This document shows positions 56,618 to 64,000 of a DNA stretch of 64,000 nt, in pieces. The translations under genes were made by a program, and so were the position numbers. Origin of the DNA: a virus. Under the pieces are notes generated by a model. The model was not told the origin of the DNA, searched no databases, and was given only the letters and a program-made list of their open reading frames with translations. Each line of letters opens with the position of its first letter. Position 1 is the first letter of the stretch. The DNA is taken from the IMG/VR virus record IMGVR_UViG_3300045971_000188. One strand, 5' to 3'.

Positions 56618-59600
56618 TATAATTTCCGACGAAGAACGATTGGGTAGAATTCTATAGACTCTAAATCAGTATCTGTAGAATTAGTTATTAATTCAAATTG
56701 AAAGTACCTACCTATTAATCCCTTACCAAATTTGACACGTTGAGTATGTAGATCCTTTATTTTGTTGGAGACTTTATAGTACACTGATGCCTTATTATCT
56801 ACAGACACCTTCACTATCATTTGATCTGATCCCACCCCTCCAATATACATATCAGGTATTTGTTTAAGGTTTGATGTACCAAAGTTGTAGGCCAATGTTT
56901 TTACTCTAGCCTCTATCACTTCTCCAGCATCTGTAGTACCACCATACTCATAGAGTCCTGATGAATTACCTAATAGATATTTACCATTAAAGAGAGTAGA
57001 ACACTTGAAAGAATAGTTGGTGTAGGTAGAGACAGAGTTGGTTTCTGTATTTAAGAGGTAGGCTAAATAGGTATCCTGTCCAGAGGCAGTAGGTATACTT
57101 ATTATAAATGAATCTAATAACGCATTATTGAAGATAGAGGTATGGAGAATGCTAGGATCTATTGCAACTGAATCTGCTAAAGATACCATGTGAATGTAGG
57201 TACTACCATCTTCTCCTAATACTGCTAGGTTCTCTAAGACCCTGTTTACCATGTTAAATAGGGTATCTAGCAAAACCTGGAGGCCCAAGTCTTCTGAAAT
57301 GCCTACTGCCAAACCATATCTTACAGAGTCTGCCAGTCTTATTACATCTATTATAGTACCTAGTACACTCCCAGATGTTTGGGTGGAGTCCAGAAAAGAT
57401 AATGTTTCTACAATATATTCTAGTTGGTGTATAATACCTGATAGAGTCGATAGGACACCTATGCTTTCAGAGATCACCAGAGTACTAGAATTTAAAAGAG
57501 AATCTAGTGCTCTGAGATACTCTGAGACTAATATTTTAGTTATAGATGGAGCAGAACTAGAATCTATAGATCTTATATTCTCAAATATGTTATGTACTTC
57601 TTTAAATAGAAGACTACCAGATAGAGCGAATGTTTCATTAATACTAATATATACAGTAGGTGATGATACCAATATCATAGTAGAATGAGGTGTAACTACT
57701 ATAGAAGAACTACCTGCTATTGATAAAGCTAAAGAGTGAAAAGTTATAGTAGAGCTAGGTATTATAGTTAAAGTAACACTTCCATTTATGGAGTTTTCTG
57801 TAGATGGTATAGGCTCAGTTATAGTACCTGCAGCTATAGCCCAATTTCCAGACCCAGGTAATGTTGTATCTGTCCAAGTAATACCATCAGGAGAGGTCAT
57901 GGCACTAGTTGAATTTATGGCTAAGGCACAAAATACTGCCCCATTCCAAGCGATAGCCCCCCAGATATCATTGGTACTAAAAGTTGTTTCAGTCCAAGTT
58001 ATACCATCTGTTGAAATTGCTCCATGTATCCATCCAGCAATAAGTGCACAAAATACTGAACCATTTGAAGCTATAGCTTGCCAATTATCACTTCTTGGTA
58101 GAGTTCTTTCAGTCCAAGTAATACCATCTGAGGAAGTTGCTACTACATTAGATCCTGCTCCAGGTAAAGCAAACATAGATCCTTTAGCAGCTATAACAGA
58201 CCATTCCCTTGAAGCAGGTAGGGTTCTTGCTGTCCAGGTTATACCATCTGGGGAAGTTGCAGCCTTATTTGTTACAGCTCCTAGTTTTGGTACTGTACAA
58301 AACACAGATCCATTCCAGGCTATCATTGCCCACCAGTCTACCGAAGGCAGTGTTCCAAGTGTCCAAGTAATACCATCTGGGGAAGTTGCAGATTTATTTG
58401 AATCTCCATAAACTATACAAAATACCGATCCATTCCAAGCTATACTAGTTACCCATCCTCCAGTTGTTGGAATTGTTCTTTCAGTCCAGGTAATACCATC
58501 AGATGAAGTGTAAACAAGATCAGCTGCCCCACTTGGAACACAAAATACTGAACCACTCCAAGCTATCCCTCCTATAAACTCAAGATTTGGGAAGGAACTT
58601 CTTGCAGTCCAAGTTGTACCATTTAGAGAGGTTGTTGAAACCCCTGTTGGAGCTACTGCACAAAAATTTAGGGGGGCTGGATCAGGGAAAGCTGCTGTGG
58701 GCGGGGTGAAACTGGTTACGTAACGTCCGACCCCCTTGGTGATTCTAAATTCGTCTATGTAATAGCCAGATCCCCAGTTAGGTGTAGGATCGCTTCCAAG
58801 GTTGCCAATAATCGGTCTGTTAGTACCGACGCTTAAATAATTATTACCGTCGGTATAGGTACTCCCTTCTTGTGAGCCATTCAGGAACAATTTTGTATTG
58901 CCAGACGACCTGGATGCTGCAACATGATACCAGACGTTTGCGACTAAAGGTGTACTTCCAATAATGGTTGCGCTCCCATTAGTCGAAAACCTAAGAACAT
59001 CTGATGAATCTACTAACAGGTTTATGTAATATCCTGTAGTACCAAGTGGCGTACCAGAAAATATGAATGCATAACTTCCCACAGCATCTCTGCGAATGAA
59101 AGCTTCAATCGTAAAATCACCTGTACCAAAGGTAAATGCACTTTCCCCATTTAGTTTTAAATAATCACCATTACCATCAAAATATGCACTAGCCCCTCCA
59201 AATTTACTTTGCGCCGTTGATATTGAGGCATTGCCAATAGGCGTAACGGTATATCCTGCATTGGAATTATCTGTAAAAGTGGTAGACCCATTAGTTCCAT
59301 CACAGTGCAGTAACAGGCTTACATTCGCACCATAAGGGTCGGTGGGGTCAGTTAATGTATATTCTTGTGATAAGGTATAGTCACCTGGATAAGTTGCACC
59401 CGATACTGTACAAAGTGTTTTCCATGTAGCGTTATCAGACGACCCCTCTACTACAAAGCCCGTGGGATACCGCCCTGAAAAATTCATGGGGGATAATTTA
59501 AAACCTGTTGCAGTAGTATTAGACCCAAAATCTAGTTTATACCAAAATGATGGATCTTGTGCTACTGATAAACCCCAAGTGCACCCTGAAAATAGACCAC

Positions 59601-59763
59601 CATCATTCAAACTATCTACAGTACCGGTTGGAGCACTACTCGCTGTAGGTGTGGCACCCGCAATACGAGTCCCTGCATTTACAATTTGAAATTCAGATAA
59701 ATTAAGTATATCTGTCAGCCCAGATATGCTTTTTAATCGGTAATATCTATAACTGACACTCAT
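56617..59763 (-). CDS. Multidomain tail/receptor-binding protein (discoidin-like, LamG, BNR/Asp-box propeller)
   Basis: YRYYRL; SLLLHCDGTNGSTTF.D...FGTGDFTIE..WYHVA...IDEFRITKGVGRY; repeated SPDGITWT. Confidence 0.75.
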   Translation of the reverse strand: MSVSYRYYRLKSISGLTDILNLSEFQIVNAGTRIAGATPTASSAPTGTVDSLNDGGLFSGCTWGLSVAQDPSFWYKLDFGSNTTATGFKLSPMNFSGRYPTGFVVEGSSDNATWKTLCTVSGATYPGDYTLSQEYTLTDPTDPYGANVSLLLHCDGTNGSTTFTDNSNAGYTVTPIGNASISTAQSKFGGASAYFDGNGDYLKLNGESAFTFGTGDFTIEAFIRRDAVGSYAFIFSGTPLGTTGYYINLLVDSSDVLRFSTNGSATIIGSTPLVANVWYHVAASRSSGNTKLFLNGSQEGSTYTDGNNYLSVGTNRPIIGNLGSDPTPNWGSGYYIDEFRITKGVGRYVTSFTPPTAAFPDPAPLNFCAVAPTGVSTTSLNGTTWTARSSFPNLEFIGGIAWSGSVFCVPSGAADLVYTSSDGITWTERTIPTTGGWVTSIAWNGSVFCIVYGDSNKSATSPDGITWTLGTLPSVDWWAMIAWNGSVFCTVPKLGAVTNKAATSPDGITWTARTLPASREWSVIAAKGSMFALPGAGSNVVATSSDGITWTERTLPRSDNWQAIASNGSVFCALIAGWIHGAISTDGITWTETTFSTNDIWGAIAWNGAVFCALAINSTSAMTSPDGITWTDTTLPGSGNWAIAAGTITEPIPSTENSINGSVTLTIIPSSTITFHSLALSIAGSSSIVVTPHSTMILVSSPTVYISINETFALSGSLLFKEVHNIFENIRSIDSSSAPSITKILVSEYLRALDSLLNSSTLVISESIGVLSTLSGIIHQLEYIVETLSFLDSTQTSGSVLGTIIDVIRLADSVRYGLAVGISEDLGLQVLLDTLFNMVNRVLENLAVLGEDGSTYIHMVSLADSVAIDPSILHTSIFNNALLDSFIISIPTASGQDTYLAYLLNTETNSVSTYTNYSFKCSTLFNGKYLLGNSSGLYEYGGTTDAGEVIEARVKTLAYNFGTSNLKQIPDMYIGGVGSDQMIVKVSVDNKASVYYKVSNKIKDLHTQRVKFGKGLIGRYFQFELITNSTDTDLESIEFYPIVLRRKL
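57880..58630 (-). repeat. About six BNR/Asp-box repeats of roughly 41 aa (S.DGITWT..T.P)
   Basis: Recurring gtccaagt/ggtaataccatc units at about 120-bp spacing. Confidence 0.8.
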
Positions 59764-59767
59764 TGGA

Positions 59768-60169
59768 TTAGGCTACTGTAATATTTGGGGTGATGGTATA
59801 GGTGTCGTTTTGAGCTAGGGTATAAGGGCCTGCAGTATCAACCTCAATTGCAATGATACGGGGGGTAGTACCCTTAGTTACTATAAAGTACCCATAGATA
59901 CTTCCAGTCATAGCAGAACCTGTAGCTGTAAATACTTGAGCAGCATAGGAAGCCACATCAGCAGTAATAGTCCAAGATGCGTCTGTTAAAGTTTTACGTG
60001 CATAACTACCACCTGTAGGTTCTGTGAGAGTGGCAGCAGTTATAGTTTCTGGGGCAGTGGTATTTGTAAATAGACCTAGATCTAAATTAGTACCTCTATC
60101 TACACTCGTATTTTTGAAGAGTAAATTAGCTACTAAGTTTTCGCCTTCATTGGGTAGTAAACCAGCCAT
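59768..60169 (-). CDS. Virion structural protein
   Basis: LPNEGENLVANLLF...LGLF...GGSYARK. Confidence 0.6.
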   Translation of the reverse strand: MAGLLPNEGENLVANLLFKNTSVDRGTNLDLGLFTNTTAPETITAATLTEPTGGSYARKTLTDASWTITADVASYAAQVFTATGSAMTGSIYGYFIVTKGTTPRIIAIEVDTAGPYTLAQNDTYTITPNITVA

Positions 60170-60208
60170 TGTATTTCCTTTGTAGATTGTTTAAGTGGGT
60201 ATATAGAG

Positions 60209-61822
60209 CTATAGTAGTGTTAGCGTCAGTGGAGTAACACTAAGTGGGATAGTGATTTCCCTATCAACCCTATAGTTATAAAATTTATGGGTTAAAATTA
60301 GTTTAGAGGTATCTATTAGTATTGTCATTGGGGAACCTCCAAAGGTATAACAAAATATAAAGGTTCTATTATCCAGTGCCATTTGAAAAGACAATAGGGA
60401 GTCTGCTCCATCTTTATATGTGTTGGCCATACTACCATCAATAAATACAGTAGAGATAGTAGATGTACTAATAACTGTATTCATTCCATTATATTCTATA
60501 TTTAAAGTTACGGTGTAAGCATCTCCAGTACGGACACGCTTTAGGTAGATAGTAAAATCTGTTGTGGTGGCAGACCCTACTCTTTTAATTGATTCAGAGT
60601 GAAGTACATTAATAGCTACCTCTTCATATGACCAAGATTCTGTATGAGTATCAGTCTTTGCGGGATCAGCATAATAAACCCAAGTTTGGTTAAGTACAGA
60701 GTTCCATAGAATTGGGTATTCCTTAATGGTGGTAAAGGTGTCTGAACTATCTAAAGATTTTATGATAGTCTTACCAGTCCTGTTTGTAGTACTACTTGAA
60801 GTTATATATCTAGTTATATACCCATCCTCTAAAACAGAAGTTGTAAATGATTCCCCAACACTAGATACAAAATAGTTATTAAAAATTACTACTACATTAT
60901 TATTTGTAACGACCACTTTTGTTATATATTCTTTAGGCTTTGCATAGGAAGATGATAATCGGCTATAGTCAGGAGTTTCTATAATCTCTTCTACATATGG
61001 AGTAACAGCCTCATTTCCAGTATATAGAGTGGTGGTTGTATGCGAAGTATAATCCCCACTAAAAATAATCTTCTTTAATGTTTGTATACCGCCTTCATCT
61101 CCATTTACTACATCTGTATAGTATAGAGTAATACCATCTTTTTTAAATCCCCAAAAGGTTACATTAAGGTAGATAATAGATAAATTTATAGATACTAGTA
61201 CAACCTTTCTAGGTGTTATTACTTCTAAAAAACAAATCTCTTTACCCTCAAACATCCTTGTTCCAATAATTATAGTATTACCACTTTTAATACAACAAAT
61301 AAGTGCCCTCAGAAGTGTGTTGCTAACTTCTCTATTATTATTATAAATTATATTAGCAGACCAATTAACTAGTTGTGTTGGTTCTGATAGAGAGTCTACC
61401 CAATAAGTAGATCTGGGCTTTATTTGATTACCTCCCCATAAAAATTCAAACTCTTGTATATTTGAAATACTATTTAGTTTAGTAAGATAATTTGGAATAT
61501 TTAGTGAACCATATCTATAGAATTTAAGAATGGGCGAAGATCTCACATCAACAGAGGTTACTAATAGTTCTAAGATTGGGTTTACAGAACTATAATTACC
61601 AAAGATTGATATATTGCCAGTTCTAAGGGAATAGTTTCCTTCTTTATAGGAACTTATCTTAATCAAAGAACCATCGGGCAGTGGTAAGGATCTAGAAACA
61701 AATGGAACTCCTGATATCTCAGCTTGCCTAGCAACAAACTGATAGAACTGCATAGCCCTAGATTTAAGGGCGGTAGCAGTATATTGATCACCAGTAAAAG
61801 AGATAGCAGGAGGTACAATCAT
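60209..61822 (-). CDS. Tail-associated protein
   Basis: 537 aa, beta-rich, in the tail operon. Confidence 0.5.
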   Translation of the reverse strand: MIVPPAISFTGDQYTATALKSRAMQFYQFVARQAEISGVPFVSRSLPLPDGSLIKISSYKEGNYSLRTGNISIFGNYSSVNPILELLVTSVDVRSSPILKFYRYGSLNIPNYLTKLNSISNIQEFEFLWGGNQIKPRSTYWVDSLSEPTQLVNWSANIIYNNNREVSNTLLRALICCIKSGNTIIIGTRMFEGKEICFLEVITPRKVVLVSINLSIIYLNVTFWGFKKDGITLYYTDVVNGDEGGIQTLKKIIFSGDYTSHTTTTLYTGNEAVTPYVEEIIETPDYSRLSSSYAKPKEYITKVVVTNNNVVVIFNNYFVSSVGESFTTSVLEDGYITRYITSSSTTNRTGKTIIKSLDSSDTFTTIKEYPILWNSVLNQTWVYYADPAKTDTHTESWSYEEVAINVLHSESIKRVGSATTTDFTIYLKRVRTGDAYTVTLNIEYNGMNTVISTSTISTVFIDGSMANTYKDGADSLLSFQMALDNRTFIFCYTFGGSPMTILIDTSKLILTHKFYNYRVDREITIPLSVTPLTLTLL

Positions 61823-61827
61823 AATTA

Positions 61828-62337
61828 TTAGATACTAGAGATAGTTAAGGTATAGGTTACATTTAATACATCAGCAGCCAGCATATTTCTTACTGATGCA
61901 AACTTAGAAGCAGCTGCTAACTTACCTGAAGTAGATGCTTTAGTTGATACTGAAGTTAGAAATGCACCATAGATAGCAATAGGCGAAGCAAAAGTGAAAA
62001 CAGCAGGTGATGCAGTATTAGTAATCACTTGACTTACAACTCCAGCATCAACCCATGCAACCCTAGCAGATTCTGAGTATTCAGAGGTAGCTTCATTAGC
62101 TACACCAACCCCAGGAAATGTAGCAGCTACATCAGATGCTTGAGGAGCGTAGTTATTTTTGAAGAGACCAATATACCAAGAGGTAATGGGTGAACCTGCA
62201 GAGAATGCAGAGTCTAGGGTATAATTCAAGCCTTCATTAACAACTATATTTTTCTCTTGCCAAGTATCAATAACTTCACCATCTCTAATTTGTTCGTAAG
62301 CAAAGACACCACCAATTTTAAGTTCTATTTCGTTCAT
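61828..62337 (-). CDS. Virion structural protein (distantly similar to 59768-60169)
   Basis: NIVVNEGLNYTL...WYIGLF...Y.ESAR...IYGAFL. Confidence 0.6.
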   Translation of the reverse strand: MNEIELKIGGVFAYEQIRDGEVIDTWQEKNIVVNEGLNYTLDSAFSAGSPITSWYIGLFKNNYAPQASDVAATFPGVGVANEATSEYSESARVAWVDAGVVSQVITNTASPAVFTFASPIAIYGAFLTSVSTKASTSGKLAAASKFASVRNMLAADVLNVTYTLTISSI

Positions 62338-62345
62338 TTGTTTTC

Positions 62346-63623
62346 CTATTTAATTATAATGCCATTACGGACGATTGTTGTTTCCACCAGATCTCCTACA
62401 ACTTGATTGTTAGGAGTGCTATTTGATTTCAACATTGAAAGGTATTGATTAATACCATTAGCCCTTAGAAACAATCCATTTCCAGAGTTTGAGTTTTCTA
62501 ATTCTACATTAGGGAGAGTTTGGTTTATTAAGGAGCCTTGTTCCTTTAAAGCATAAATACCTAGGTTGGTAGTTACTAACCAATAGTATTCACTGTTCAT
62601 CATAGGTTGTATAGAGTATATTCCAGGCACTTTAGTTCCCGTACCTTCTACTACCTCTGCAACATCTTTAGTTATTCTAGTAAAACTCTTAGGATCAGTT
62701 CCAGAGAGAAAGTAGAGTTTATCAGAGCCTATCCACACTCCAGACTCTAAAGGCATTACCTCTTTGATTCTAGTAGGAAATTCTATATAGTTCTCTGCTA
62801 AATTGAAGTGTTGATATTGATATTTCTCTGAGTACCATAAGATATTATCTTGGGCTACATAGATCCTACCGTTTTGATAACGAACTATTTGACCTGAGGG
62901 GGCTTTATCTAAATTAAAGGTTCTTAATGGATTAGATAGATTGGAAGCAGAAGAAATAGTAAAAGAGGAGTTAGGGAGGCATATACCAGAGTAATACAAT
63001 ACCCTACCATCTTGAGTAGAACAATATATTCGTGCATAAGCAATACTCGGATCTATTACATTAGCAAAGCTTGCTGTGATTCCTGAGGAGGAAGTGGATA
63101 GAGTAATAATTTGAGATTCGCTACAACCAGACTCTATCCCATCTATATTAACAAAGGTGTGATTGATCTGGTAATCTCCAGCATCCAAGTTGCCTGAAGT
63201 GATTGATAGGCCTAAAGTACCTTGGGTTTTAGTTATACCCCAAGTCTTTAGAAGACCATTATCTATGATACCAGTATAGCCTAGAGTAGAAAAGTAGATC
63301 TTATCATCTACCTCTTCAAAGGAGAGAGGGGAACCTGAGGGTAAGGTGAGTAATGGAGAGGAAAAGGAGTAATCTGAATAGACCTGAACCAATTCTCCAT
63401 CAACCACTGCATAGCACCCTAAGCCTGAGGTAGAGGCCCATAGCGCACTGATATTACCTGTAGTCAATAGAGTATAGCCGTGTCTCTTTTGTACGTTACC
63501 AGTCTTATCTACGTCAACATTTATGGCTGCTTTAAGGTAATCATCTGGTGTTGTCTGAGCTGAGTTGGTAGTATTAATACCCTTCCATTTATCGAAGGTT
63601 ACTACCTTGGGATGCATTGACAT
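62346..63623 (-). CDS. Tail tubular/DNA-stabilisation protein (P22 gp10-like)
   Basis: KGINT....PDDYL.AAINVDVD.TG...KR.GY N-terminal motif; ILWYSE. Confidence 0.65.
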   Translation of the reverse strand: MSMHPKVVTFDKWKGINTTNSAQTTPDDYLKAAINVDVDKTGNVQKRHGYTLLTTGNISALWASTSGLGCYAVVDGELVQVYSDYSFSSPLLTLPSGSPLSFEEVDDKIYFSTLGYTGIIDNGLLKTWGITKTQGTLGLSITSGNLDAGDYQINHTFVNIDGIESGCSESQIITLSTSSSGITASFANVIDPSIAYARIYCSTQDGRVLYYSGICLPNSSFTISSASNLSNPLRTFNLDKAPSGQIVRYQNGRIYVAQDNILWYSEKYQYQHFNLAENYIEFPTRIKEVMPLESGVWIGSDKLYFLSGTDPKSFTRITKDVAEVVEGTGTKVPGIYSIQPMMNSEYYWLVTTNLGIYALKEQGSLINQTLPNVELENSNSGNGLFLRANGINQYLSMLKSNSTPNNQVVGDLVETTIVRNGIIIK

Positions 63624-63733
63624 TAGTAACCTCCATCACCAGTATTGTACTGACCAAGTTTAGGTAGGGAAGGTGGTGGTAGCTTAGGCTTCTTAGGTTT
63701 AAAAGTCTTTTGTTTACGTACAGTCTTAGCCAT
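63623..63733 (-). CDS. 36-aa Lys/Pro-rich peptide (not in track)
   Basis: MAKTVRKQKTFKPKKPKLPPPSLPKLGQYNTGDGGY; TAATG coupling to the next gene. Confidence 0.55.
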   Translation of the reverse strand: MAKTVRKQKTFKPKKPKLPPPSLPKLGQYNTGDGGY

Positions 63734-63734
63734 C

Positions 63735-64000
63735 TTAATATCCTGAGTTTTGATTAGAGCCTGAATTTAAACCTGTTCTACGACCATAACTAGGTTGAGA
63801 GATACCACCATAATTAATGGCTCTATTAGCTGTCTTAGATTTTCTCATTGTGCCATAGGCTGACAGAAATGGAAACTCTTGATCAAACAAAGCTAGATAT
63901 GTACCAGCCCTTTTAGGATCTAGGGTATTAGCCTCATCTTTCATATAACACAAATGAGCAGCATAGAACAACATTGGTAAATGAAACTCTACCCTCAACT
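63735..64000 (-). CDS. C-terminal part of head-tail adaptor/tail tubular A protein (truncated by the window)
   Basis: EFHLPMLFYAAHLCYMKDEA.T.DP.RA..Y...F; frame runs off the window edge. Confidence 0.55.
   Translation of the reverse strand, partial: LRVEFHLPMLFYAAHLCYMKDEANTLDPKRAGTYLALFDQEFPFLSAYGTMRKSKTANRAINYGGISQPSYGRRTGLNSGSNQNSGY

Noticed and set aside
57880-58630. Diversity-generating retroelement target or CRISPR-like array
   Set aside because: The repeats are in-frame BNR protein repeats with no unique spacers; no reverse transcriptase, TR/VR pair or cas genes in the window.
1-64000. Alternative genetic code, lysogeny module, purZ or 7-deazaguanine pathway
   Set aside because: Core genes are intact in the standard code and use all three stops; no integrase, repressor or modification genes recognised.

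Overview
The window is most of a lytic, AT-rich, CpG-poor tailed dsDNA phage genome (podovirus-like) in the standard genetic code. No integrase, repressor cassette, reverse transcriptase or CRISPR array was seen. Layout: (i) 1-16.1 kb, minus-strand late genes: N4-gp56/DUF4043-type major capsid, tRNA-Gln(UUG), scaffold, portal, TerL, holin-like genes, collagen fibre, TerS, head-fibre proteins. (ii) 16.1-17.8 kb, divergent non-coding control region, probably containing the genome end. (iii) 17.8-23 kb, plus-strand early genes. (iv) 23-45.3 kb, plus-strand middle genes: phiEco32-type peptide-ligase cluster, T7-like primase-helicase, family A polymerase split into exonuclease and polymerase genes, SSB, 5'-3' exonuclease, ThyX-like, DUF5664, SleB hydrolase, class II RNR, many HNH genes. 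(v) A bidirectional terminator at 45.47 kb. (vi) 45.5-64 kb, minus-strand tail and ejection genes, including a 2420-aa polyvalent protein with GNAT, ART-like and HExxGH domains. The most striking unannotated signals are regulatory. Four intergenic late-strand promoters match the host envelope-stress sigmaE/AlgU consensus (GAACTT-N16/17-TCTNA; three exact, one with two -35 mismatches), and no phage sigma factor or RNAP is visible. A conserved 37-39 bp element starts at or very near the predicted +1 of three leftward promoters; two of these are perfect sigma70 promoters firing antisense into the early and middle operons. Family assignments come from motif recognition by eye, not database searches.
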